From: a virus
IMG/VR virus record: IMGVR_UViG_3300045988_162556
Strand: one strand, 5' to 3'
Length of the DNA stretch: 58,533 bases
Made by a program: the position numbers and the translations under genes. Under the pieces are notes generated by a model. The model was not told the DNA's origin. It did not search any database and saw only the letters and a list, made by a program, of their open reading frames with translations. Positions 27,164 through 34,033 of this stretch are shown piece by piece. How positions within the stretch are numbered: position 1 is the first letter of the stretch; each line of letters begins with the position of its first letter.

Positions 27164-27807
27164 GCTTTATTTTCCCTCGTTAAATTGTAGTATTCGGTAA
27201 CTTTGACATTGACTTTTGTAAGCATTTCTTTATCGACGATATACTTGGACTCCAAGAATCCGATTAATGAGAATCGCTTATTGGCTCCCTTGGCGTCTTC
27301 CTTGGCCTTGATTATCTCTTCGAACAAGTCCAAAGTTAGCATTTCGTCAGTAAGCGTAGGCTTGGAAGCCGGGCCGGCGTCATCATGCCGAGGCAGTCGG
27401 TCTACGTCATCTTCGTCAGTGGCTATATGAAAGTATTTGAGAATGAAATAACGCTCCCCGTAGGTCATTGCCGAACCTACGCCTTTGTCCCAATCATTCT
27501 GACCGTTGGCGCTCCACTCGCATACGTCCTTCTCTCCGGATTCCACGTCGATCCAAGTGAAACGCATCTTCACACTCGAAAGGATTTCGGATTTAGGGCG
27601 CTGATCCCGTCCTACGGTATAATCCTGACGGGTATTTGTGATGTCGAGAACCTCCGTTTTGAGGATCACGCCGAGTTCGTCCATCTTGGGCCGGACGATG
27701 CCAAGTACTTTCGAACCGCTGATGTACTTGTAATTATTTCCATCTGCATTCGGCAGCAACGCCCTGACGCTCCTCTGGATTTCCAGCAGTTTGCTATAGA
27801 TTCCCAT
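27160..27807 (-). CDS. erf: ERF-family single-strand annealing recombinase
   Basis: MGIYSKLLEIQRSVRAL...NYKYISGSKVLGIVRPKMDELGV...GVGSAMTYGERYFILKYF. Start set at the internal Met that abuts the upstream stop. Confidence 0.75.
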   Translation of the reverse strand: MGIYSKLLEIQRSVRALLPNADGNNYKYISGSKVLGIVRPKMDELGVILKTEVLDITNTRQDYTVGRDQRPKSEILSSVKMRFTWIDVESGEKDVCEWSANGQNDWDKGVGSAMTYGERYFILKYFHIATDEDDVDRLPRHDDAGPASKPTLTDEMLTLDLFEEIIKAKEDAKGANKRFSLIGFLESKYIVDKEMLTKVNVKVTEYYNLTRENKA

Positions 27808-27809
27808 GG

Positions 27810-28232
27810 TTATAAGTTGTTTCGTTCTCCGTATTCTTTCAGCCGGCGCAACTGCCCGGCGTGCATGCCGCCGTCGATATCCTTGACCTCGATAATTTCG
27901 ATGGTATCGCGGTCTACTTCGAAATAGGTCTCGCAAATACCCATATAGCTGTCACCGCCTTGTTCTTCGTGGGTCTCGTAGTGATAAATCGCTTTGATGT
28001 CGTATATTTTGTAGGCCACCGTATAGACCCGCTTGTCTTCATCACCGCGCATATCCTTCTGGACAGCTTCGCGGATAGCCCGATAAATCAACTTCAGATC
28101 TACGTCCATCAGCGTTCTGGCCCTCTGGGAGAATGGCGACCGCTGGCCGGTTATATGTTCGCTCGGAATATCGTGATACTCTTCGGACGTCAGCACCGGG
28201 GACGCGGTTGTCGTGTAATATTGCGTGTCCAT
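27810..28232 (-). CDS. Hypothetical protein
   Basis: 140-aa ORF. Confidence 0.5.
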   Translation of the reverse strand: MDTQYYTTTASPVLTSEEYHDIPSEHITGQRSPFSQRARTLMDVDLKLIYRAIREAVQKDMRGDEDKRVYTVAYKIYDIKAIYHYETHEEQGGDSYMGICETYFEVDRDTIEIIEVKDIDGGMHAGQLRRLKEYGERNNL

Positions 28233-28235
28233 AGA

Positions 28236-28862
28236 TTAAAATTTTGCATGTTGACGGTTATATATCCGGCGCATCGAGTTCATCAGATCAGGGAATGAGC
28301 GGATGTATCCCATATCTACGGAGAATGCCAATTTGCGTTGCAATTCATCCATATCTTGTAGCTGCTGCGGGGTCGCCGTGTTGCGGATATCCCGCTCGTG
28401 CTTGTTGAATACGATCCAGTTCAGAGCGCGGGCCACCTTCGGATAATCGACATCCGGAAGCGACGCGATGGACTTGGCCAGCACATTGTAGTTGTCACCA
28501 GCGGCCGTGCGGCACTTGATCAACTCGTCATAAACGAATTTGAGTACCTGAACCTTGAACTTCGGGTTAAGCCACATGGCAAAGTCGATAAACAAAAGAG
28601 GAGTCATCCACGTCCCACCGCTGTATTTCCCGCGGTAAGTTAAATACGGGGAATTCCCGTCTTTAAAATCAAACTCTGATTGTAAGGCACTTAAGAAATC
28701 ATGCGTCGATTGGAGGCGCAGGTAATCGTTCATCTCCTTTTTCATGCCGGCAGCACGGTTCCACTGGTTCAGCAACGCCGTGGCATTGAACATGCCGTCT
28801 TTTGTGCGCTGGAGCACCTCGAACTGCCCCATTCGGCGCGTCATTATTACACTTGTTTTCAT
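28236..28862 (-). CDS. KilA-N domain protein
   Basis: FEVLQRTKDGMFNATALLNQWN...GGTWMTPLLFIDFAMWLNPKFKVQV. Confidence 0.7.
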   Translation of the reverse strand: MKTSVIMTRRMGQFEVLQRTKDGMFNATALLNQWNRAAGMKKEMNDYLRLQSTHDFLSALQSEFDFKDGNSPYLTYRGKYSGGTWMTPLLFIDFAMWLNPKFKVQVLKFVYDELIKCRTAAGDNYNVLAKSIASLPDVDYPKVARALNWIVFNKHERDIRNTATPQQLQDMDELQRKLAFSVDMGYIRSFPDLMNSMRRIYNRQHAKF

Positions 28863-28987
28863 GATTCCTCGAAGATTTCATCCAACAATTCGCCTATTTC
28901 TTTCTTGCGGTGCTGGTTCGACAGCACCCAGCGGAACACGACGGCAAGCGGAACCGCCCACATCAGGAAGATGAATAACTCGGTCAT
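28859..28987 (-). CDS. Small single-TM protein (42 aa)
   Basis: MTELFIFLMWAVPLAVVFRWVLSNQHRKKEIGELLDEIFEES, with ATGA overlaps at both ends. Confidence 0.4.
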   Translation of the reverse strand: MTELFIFLMWAVPLAVVFRWVLSNQHRKKEIGELLDEIFEES

Positions 28988-29148
28988 ATCACGTTCCTCC
29001 CTCTCATACGATTGTATGATATGTAATTCCAGAGGCTGATCCTGCGTATGACACGTCGCCGGATTCTGTACTGCATGCGCCATACTATGGCGGTGAGCAA
29101 CTGCTTATCGGTGCGTCTTACGCCGACAAGCTGAATATCATTGTCCAT
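28984..29148 (-). CDS. Small basic protein (54 aa, below the track cutoff)
   Basis: Hand translation gives MDNDIQLVGVRRTDKQLLTAIVWRMQYRIRRRVIRRISLWNYISYNRMRGRNVI. Confidence 0.35.
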   Translation of the reverse strand: MDNDIQLVGVRRTDKQLLTAIVWRMQYRIRRRVIRRISLWNYISYNRMRGRNVI

Positions 29149-29159
29149 GATTCAGCGGT

Positions 29160-29426
29160 TTAATGTTTAGACTTGGAGGGGAATACCCGGCTTACGAGTA
29201 TGGTGCCGACAACGACAGCATACGCGGGATAGAGCACGCGAAACTGAGCAAGGAAACAGCCTAAAGCATGCTCCTCGCACGTGGCGCGGATAACGTTGGT
29301 GTAATCGACTTTATCCGAAGAGAACATCGGACGATTGGCTTTTAGATGACACCTGTAAAAGCAGGTGCGATGCGTTGCACGGGTACTTTTATTCCCCGTT
29401 TTGCAACTCGTGTTGTGGTTTGGCAT
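29160..29426 (-). CDS. Small basic protein, paralog A (MPN...FYRCHLKANRPMF, hydrophobic C-terminus)
   Basis: The 13-codon block F Y R C H L K A N (K/R) P (L/M) F is shared with 29431..29769. Differences are almost all synonymous (cgt/agg Arg, tgc/tgt, ctc/cta, aag/aaa, aac/aat, ccc/ccg). Confidence 0.6.
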   Translation of the reverse strand: MPNHNTSCKTGNKSTRATHRTCFYRCHLKANRPMFSSDKVDYTNVIRATCEEHALGCFLAQFRVLYPAYAVVVGTILVSRVFPSKSKH

Positions 29427-29430
29427 TTGG

Positions 29431-29769
29431 TTAACACAAGTTCGTTGAACAATATGTAAAAAGAAGGACGCGTCCTCCAGTTAGTCGCCAAACCACCACG
29501 ACTGCGGGTGCAGAAGTGAACCGAGAACACGCCCTAAAAAGCGTTTTGTATTTTTCTGATATACCCGAAATCGGGTGGCTTGGCAATACAAATTTACACA
29601 AAGTTTTTAACTCTGCAAATAATATTGCCGATTTTTGAATTTTGCCCCAGATGAATAGGGGTTTGTTGGCCTTGAGATGGCAACGGTAGAATGCAGTGCG
29701 GCTTTTCTTTGCGCGCGGTGTGGTCTGGGTGTTATTTACCCGGATACCACTTTCAGAGGCGTTTGGCAT
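29431..29769 (-). CDS. Small basic protein, paralog B (conserved N-terminal ~41 aa; the 3' extent overlaps promoter and leader 1 and is uncertain)
   Basis: MPN...TAFYRCHLKANKPLF. The ORF stays open through 29619..29456, which also carries the promoter, leader and terminator signals. Confidence 0.5.
   Translation of the reverse strand: MPNASESGIRVNNTQTTPRAKKSRTAFYRCHLKANKPLFIWGKIQKSAILFAELKTLCKFVLPSHPISGISEKYKTLFRACSRFTSAPAVVVVWRLTGGRVLLFTYCSTNLC
29456..29584 (-). ncRNA. Structured leader / sRNA candidate 1 (closing stem, three inner hairpins, intrinsic terminator)
   Basis: Minus strand: GCCAAGCCACC (29574..29584) pairs with GGTGGTTTGGC (29487..29497). Inner hairpins are CCCG-ATTT-CGGG, ACGC-N8-GCGT and CTGC-ACCC-GCAG. 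The terminator is GGAGGAC-GC-GTCCTTC followed by TTTTT. Confidence 0.5.
29589..29619 (-). promoter_or_regulatory. Bacteroides-type promoter driving leader 1
   Basis: Minus strand TTTG (29616..29619), 19-nt spacer, TAAATTTG (29589..29596). Confidence 0.65.
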
Positions 29770-29791
29770 GGCCTGAAAGTTTTATTAGTTA

Positions 29792-29924
29792 GTAAAAAAG
29801 AAGGCGAGCCTTCCCTGTTATCGTCGCCAAACGCCTGCCATTCGTGAGAATGACACCACAAGAAAGACCCGCTTTATCGCGAAGTTTCAGTATGTATCTT
29901 GCTGTCGAATGACAAGCGTTTGGC
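29792..29924 (-). ncRNA. Structured leader / sRNA candidate 2 (same architecture as candidate 1)
   Basis: Minus strand: GCCAAACGC (29916..29924) pairs with GCGTTTGGC (29826..29834). Inner hairpins are TTGTC-ATTC-GACAG, TTCGC-GATAAA-GCGGG and TGTCATTC-TCAC-GAATGGCA. The terminator is GAAGGC-TC-GCCTTC followed by TTTTTT. Confidence 0.5.
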
Positions 29925-29928
29925 TCTA

Positions 29929-29959
29929 CAAATATAGGAAATCATTTCGAATCTGCAAA
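29929..29959 (-). promoter_or_regulatory. Bacteroides-type promoter driving leader 2
   Basis: Minus strand TTTG (29956..29959), 19-nt spacer, TATATTTG (29929..29936). Confidence 0.65.
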
Positions 29960-29960
29960 A

Positions 29961-30200
29961 TTATTCGACTTTTTGGAAAAAAATATCTACACCATCAGAA
30001 CGTACATCTTTAGAACAGGCAAAAGGAGATATATTCCCACACATTTTACTTCCGCATATTGAACGATCTCCACACGGTCTGCATGTTCCGCTTTTGGTCA
30101 AACTTTTAATTAGACATCCGCCACACGCCCTGCCTCGTACTACAATTGCGTCAATCCCAAGTATTTTCAGTTGGGTGCCGACAGGTAATTCTATATCCAT
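29961..30200 (-). CDS. Small Cys-rich hypothetical protein
   Basis: 79 aa with 9 Cys (RACGGCLIKS...CRPCGDRSICGSKMCGN...FAC). Confidence 0.45.
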   Translation of the reverse strand: MDIELPVGTQLKILGIDAIVVRGRACGGCLIKSLTKSGTCRPCGDRSICGSKMCGNISPFACSKDVRSDGVDIFFQKVE

Positions 30201-30222
30201 TTTAAATCTGCAAAAAAAAGTT

Positions 30223-30275
30223 AGAATTCTTTACATTTCGAGCGTACATGTAAAGAAAATCGAGAATTCTTTACA
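30223..30275. promoter_or_regulatory. Operator-like repeats: AGAATTCTTTACA x2 (40 bp apart) with an inverted TGTAAAGAA between them
   Basis: Exact 13-mers at 30223..30235 and 30263..30275, with an inverted 9-mer at 30249..30257, all in a 78-nt intergenic gap. Confidence 0.5.
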
Positions 30276-30277
30276 CG

Positions 30278-30679
30278 TTATTCGTGGATAGGGTGCCAAC
30301 CGACAATCTCGAAACGTGGGTGGGAGGTTGCTAATTCATTCTCGCAGCTCCACACCCCAGAAGGTTCGCGTCTACCTACCGTATAATACGGCTCATTGGG
30401 GCGCCCTACCGCTATATACTTCACAAGCACATTGCCCTTAGGCATATCTTTTACGAATGGATTGTTCCATTGGGTCAGTTCTTCCCGTTGTAATATTAAC
30501 TGACAAATAGCCGACTCATATATGTCCTTAATCACGTCTTTATATTCCGAGACACGACATTGCGGTTCTTCCGGTTCACTATTAAGACGCCATGCGCATG
30601 TTTTGCATACAGGCGTGTGGGATTGATTACAAAAAGTATTTGTGCAAATACGCTTTGCTCGCTCTTCGATGGTTGTCAT
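30278..30679 (-). CDS. Paralog 2 of the DUF551-like family
   Basis: MTTIEERAKRIC...LTQWNNPF...FEIVGWHPIHE. Confidence 0.55.
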   Translation of the reverse strand: MTTIEERAKRICTNTFCNQSHTPVCKTCAWRLNSEPEEPQCRVSEYKDVIKDIYESAICQLILQREELTQWNNPFVKDMPKGNVLVKYIAVGRPNEPYYTVGRREPSGVWSCENELATSHPRFEIVGWHPIHE

Positions 30680-30693
30680 AGTGTAACTGATTT

Positions 30694-30793
30694 ATTGCAA
30701 CGTATGGAGGATTTGAACCTCCCCCTCCACAAGCAGACAACTCCGCGCGCCGAGATGCCAGCCAGTAGCGTACTACCGCTGTACTACTGCGTC
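30694..30793 (-). ncRNA. tRNA-like fragment / structured RNA (T-arm plus D-arm-like segments, no closable acceptor stem)
   Basis: Minus strand has GGAGG-TTCAAAT-CCTCC (30706..30722) and 5'-GACGCAG-TA-GTAC-AGCGGTA-GTAC (30770..30793). The 3' flank ATACGTT does not pair with GACGCAG. Two long hairpins lie between. Confidence 0.3.
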
Positions 30794-30799
30794 AATCTG

Positions 30800-30872
30800 G
30801 GGTATTGGGTAGATTCGAACTACCTCTGCATTGCGCGTGCAGCTGACCCATCTTTGCCGATGTCACAATACC
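30800..30872 (-). ncRNA. Non-canonical tRNA-like element (73 nt)
   Basis: Perfect 7-bp acceptor GGTATTG/CAATACC and T-arm GGTAG-TTCGAAT-CTACC. The anticodon-like arm CTGCA-CGCGCAA-TGCAG is shifted 4 nt toward the 3' end, has G at the U33 position and leaves a 1-nt variable loop. Confidence 0.4.
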
Positions 30873-31012
30873 CTGCGGACTTTCCCGCCGTCATATCCCG
30901 CATGGCAGGGACTCTTTCACCGTTTCCGCCTCTGGTGCGATTTTAGCGTACTTGCGTTGAATTTGTGTGCCTAATTTAGCTCCTGCTTGACCCTCGCACG
31001 GTTGTGGGATAA

Positions 31013-31177
31013 TTATCTTAGATTCAATGCCATCCTCCGCGCCCTCTCGGCATTTTTGAGGTAGCGCGCCTTGTATTTCTCATTGGCTTTCTCCGGAGGA
31101 ACCAGGATTACCGTGTTTCTATCGAGCCGTAAGGGCACGAGGTTCTTTTCTTTGATTTCCCGAATGTAATTTTGCAT
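31013..31177 (-). CDS. Small basic protein (54 aa, below the track cutoff)
   Basis: Hand translation gives MQNYIREIKEKNLVPLRLDRNTVILVPPEKANEKYKARYLKNAERARRMALNLR. Confidence 0.4.
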   Translation of the reverse strand: MQNYIREIKEKNLVPLRLDRNTVILVPPEKANEKYKARYLKNAERARRMALNLR

Positions 31178-31216
31178 AATATTATGCGAAATTATACGCT
31201 ATTTATATGCTAAAAT

Positions 31217-32263
31217 TTAGAATAATGTCTCGGAATAATGTTTGATAATTGAAATCATCGTAGTTTTTATACCGGTTCCGCTTTCTTTGAAAGCCCCCTC
31301 TTTCACGTCCAAGACCTCGGCACCTACATTTTGTAGCCATTCCCGGAACTCAGCGCATTTTTTTTCAGAGCCAATTTTCCAATGAGAACTACATATAACG
31401 GCCATCCGCCCTCCCGTACGAAGTAGTTCATACATTTTCATAGTATGATCTACGTCTTGATTATTGCTAAACGGAGGATTTGCAATTATAAGCGAATACG
31501 TATCATGGCACTCTGTGATGAAATTCTCGCCTTTTATCCTAACGCCCGATATTCCATGAAGAATTTCTCTGTTCTCGGGCATAAGTTCGTAACAGTCAAC
31601 AATGACCGATGGGCAGCTGCGATGGATAGCTTTTACCAAAGCTCCGCGGCCTGCACTCGGTTCCAGCACGTCGTCCGTATCTCGAATACCTCCAACCAAC
31701 GATACCAATAAATCGGCTACTTCCGCCGGAGTTTCAAAAAATTGAAACTCCTGTGCTAAATTACAGCGGCCTGTCGTATGCAATTGATTAAATACGCGGT
31801 TGGCGTCAAATGGGAATCTGAAAGCCTGTATTTTCCCTCCTACCCACTCGCCGCCAGCCTCTTCTATGCGCTTTTTAGCCTCCGCATATGATTGTTTATT
31901 GAACTGTGTCGGTGGCAATTTAAGCATATTGTCCTTCAAGGTGCAGTGCTTAAGTATTTCATCCGCGCTCCACTTTGCGCCTGTATCCTCTTTTGAGGCC
32001 TTTCCCGCGGGTTGCTCGTCGATACCCAACATATTCTGCAAAGCCTTCATGGCGTTGTTTTCTATAGTCATAAGATCGGACATGAACTCTAAAAGAGCCA
32101 TCATGAAATCACAATCTACATGCCCTGTATCGTCATATATGTCGCGGTCTTTAAGAAGCGCGGGAATCTCGGACAGCGGTTTAATGCTACCATGTAACGC
32201 TTTTATTAAAGTCTCGTTTCTGCTCTGCATAGCTCCTTTGTAGATAAATTCTTGTCGTCTCAA
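31217..32263 (-). CDS. N6-adenine DNA methyltransferase (gamma-class order) with an uncharacterised N-terminal domain
   Basis: DVLEPSAGRGALV (motif I) precedes LIIANPPFS (NPPF, motif IV). The start is uncertain: the ORF overlaps the recombinase stop, and alternative Mets lie at 32230 and 32104. Confidence 0.75.
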   Translation of the reverse strand: MRRQEFIYKGAMQSRNETLIKALHGSIKPLSEIPALLKDRDIYDDTGHVDCDFMMALLEFMSDLMTIENNAMKALQNMLGIDEQPAGKASKEDTGAKWSADEILKHCTLKDNMLKLPPTQFNKQSYAEAKKRIEEAGGEWVGGKIQAFRFPFDANRVFNQLHTTGRCNLAQEFQFFETPAEVADLLVSLVGGIRDTDDVLEPSAGRGALVKAIHRSCPSVIVDCYELMPENREILHGISGVRIKGENFITECHDTYSLIIANPPFSNNQDVDHTMKMYELLRTGGRMAVICSSHWKIGSEKKCAEFREWLQNVGAEVLDVKEGAFKESGTGIKTTMISIIKHYSETLF

Positions 32264-33302
32264 TACTTCCGTGTCCCAGGATGTCCGCCAATTGGACTAT
32301 ATCGTTTTTCTTTTTTAGAAACATCTTTGCAAAAAGGTGCCGAAATGCGTGTGGGTGCATCTTATCTGATGAAATACCACATTCGGCACCCCATTTTTGC
32401 AAACATTCCCGCAACCATCTATTGCTGTACTGACGGCCTTGCGAATTACTGTATACAGGATATGATCTATTCTCTATTCCCACGTATTCCGCAACACGAG
32501 ATGATACATCTTTCGGGAAAAAGATACGGCGATATTTGTTGCCCTTGCTATTTATCAAGACCTCGCCGTTAATCACGTCTTGCCACGTCAATTTGGCAAA
32601 CTCCGACTGTCGCACCCCTGATGTCGCCAAGATGCGAACCCACCAATAATATTTCTTATCTTGAAAATTGAGCAAATAATCCAACATCTTTTGATACTCC
32701 GATTCAGTAGGGATGTTATCAAGGGCCAATGATTTCTGAATTTTGGGCCTGCGAATCTCTATCGGTTTCTTAATATAATTCCCGAATTGCTCAAGAGCCG
32801 TAATGCGTAATCTTATAGTCGACGGCTTCTGGCCCTCGTCGCTTAAAGTTTGGATGAACCTCCGGACGTTCTCCGCATTATATTCGGAGGCATATTTGAA
32901 GAAAGAAGATATACCAAATCGGTATGTCGCTATTGTATTGGGAGAATAGTCCTTCACTGTAGTTATATGCTCCAAGAAATTAGCTAATAATTCCTTGTTC
33001 TTCTCCGATACCTTATCCAATTTCTCCAGTGGCTTGGACGGTCGGGCTGTCGTCTTATATCCGATGCCGAACGTTGCGAGGAAATCACATATTGACTCGG
33101 ACATTATGCTTATATGCTGCCACCCAACGTCGGCAATATGGGATTTGCGATACTTAAGATACCCCCGCCGATTAATAGTATCGGCTTGTTCAAGGAATGA
33201 CGCAACGTGCATTATGTACATTCCACATTTTCGGTACGACATCCCGCGATTATACAGCCCCGATATATATTCGGACAGCATAGCTTGACGTGTTGCTTCC
33301 AT
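32187..33302 (-). CDS. Second tyrosine recombinase (XerC/D-like)
   Basis: SGVRQSEFAKLTWQDV...HPHAFRHLFAKMFL...LGHGSIETTRIYLQRS gives the R, H-x-x-R, H and Y catalytic residues. Confidence 0.85.
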   Translation of the reverse strand: MEATRQAMLSEYISGLYNRGMSYRKCGMYIMHVASFLEQADTINRRGYLKYRKSHIADVGWQHISIMSESICDFLATFGIGYKTTARPSKPLEKLDKVSEKNKELLANFLEHITTVKDYSPNTIATYRFGISSFFKYASEYNAENVRRFIQTLSDEGQKPSTIRLRITALEQFGNYIKKPIEIRRPKIQKSLALDNIPTESEYQKMLDYLLNFQDKKYYWWVRILATSGVRQSEFAKLTWQDVINGEVLINSKGNKYRRIFFPKDVSSRVAEYVGIENRSYPVYSNSQGRQYSNRWLRECLQKWGAECGISSDKMHPHAFRHLFAKMFLKKKNDIVQLADILGHGSIETTRIYLQRSYAEQKRDFNKSVTW

Positions 33303-33328
33303 AATGAAAATTTTTCATTTTTTTTGAG

Positions 33329-33400
33329 TTGAGCCACCCGGATTCGAACCGGAAGCGCCACCTCCAAAGGGTGATGTGTTAACCATTACACCATAGCTCA
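33329..33400 (-). tRNA. tRNA-Gln (anticodon UUG)
   Basis: Hand-folded cloverleaf: acceptor UGAGCUA/UGGCUCA with the U1-A72 pair, D-arm GUGU-AAUGGUUA-ACAC, anticodon arm UCACC-CUUUGGA-GGUGG, and T-arm UCCGG-UUCGAAU-CCGGG. No CCA is encoded. Confidence 0.9.
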
Positions 33401-33525
33401 ATAAATGCCGCCGACATCTCCACTCGCCCACGCCACCGCGCAGGGCTTTAATGCCGACGGCACACCATCCACGTGCTTCACAGCAGGCCAATGGCAAATA
33501 CCAAACTTAAAATGCGATTTGCGGA

Positions 33526-33759
33526 CTATTGGCAGGAATCCGCGACCTGTGGCATATAGTACTCGTTAAACTGCGTCGGCCGCCCGTCTTCCGTAACGGC
33601 CTTCTGTCTGTTCGAGCAAATGGAATATCCCATTTTACGGAGCCGGCTGATGATCCGACGAAGCTCCGTTGTGTGGTAGAGTCTCTCGGCCTTGCGGACC
33701 GTAAGCCTGCCGCCGGCCTTGAGATAGGCGAGAATCTTACTTTGCGGATCGTGTGTCAT
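33526..33759 (-). CDS. Small winged-helix/HTH DNA-binding protein
   Basis: ILAYLKAGGRLTVRKAERLYHTTELRRIISRLRKMGYSI resembles HTH_39-type domains. Confidence 0.5.
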   Translation of the reverse strand: MTHDPQSKILAYLKAGGRLTVRKAERLYHTTELRRIISRLRKMGYSICSNRQKAVTEDGRPTQFNEYYMPQVADSCQ

Positions 33760-34033
33760 AGGACTTCACGTATTTGCCGCTTTTGCCGCGGGTCCGATTG
33801 AACTTCTGGAGTTTACCCTCCAATTCAAGGACTCGTTTTTGCATAGAATCAAGATTGTGAGTGAGCGCCAGAAATTTCTGGTTCATGCTTGCCAGATCCT
33901 GATACGCAGTTTCGCGTTCCGCAAGAGCTTTGCCTACCTCGTTTTCCAGCTCCTCGATCCTTTTCCACATCTTCCAGCGGGGCGTCAGGTCGAACCAAAG
34001 GAAGGTTCTCTTTTTCAAAATCTCTCTCTTCAT
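33737..34033 (-). CDS. Hypothetical coiled-coil protein
   Basis: 98-aa ORF. Confidence 0.45.
   Translation of the reverse strand: MKREILKKRTFLWFDLTPRWKMWKRIEELENEVGKALAERETAYQDLASMNQKFLALTHNLDSMQKRVLELEGKLQKFNRTRGKSGKYVKSYDTRSAK

Noticed and set aside
30940-30960. A third tRNA 3' end suggested by TGGTGCGA (reverse complement TCGCACCA) at about 30943.
   Set aside because: No T-arm (TTCGAA/TTCAAA-type loop with a flanking stem) lies next to it on the minus strand, so the CCA-like string is probably coincidental.
33315-33497. 60-aa minus-strand ORF overlapping the tRNA-Gln.
   Set aside because: It is fully explained by the tRNA gene and its flank, and the tRNA folds perfectly.
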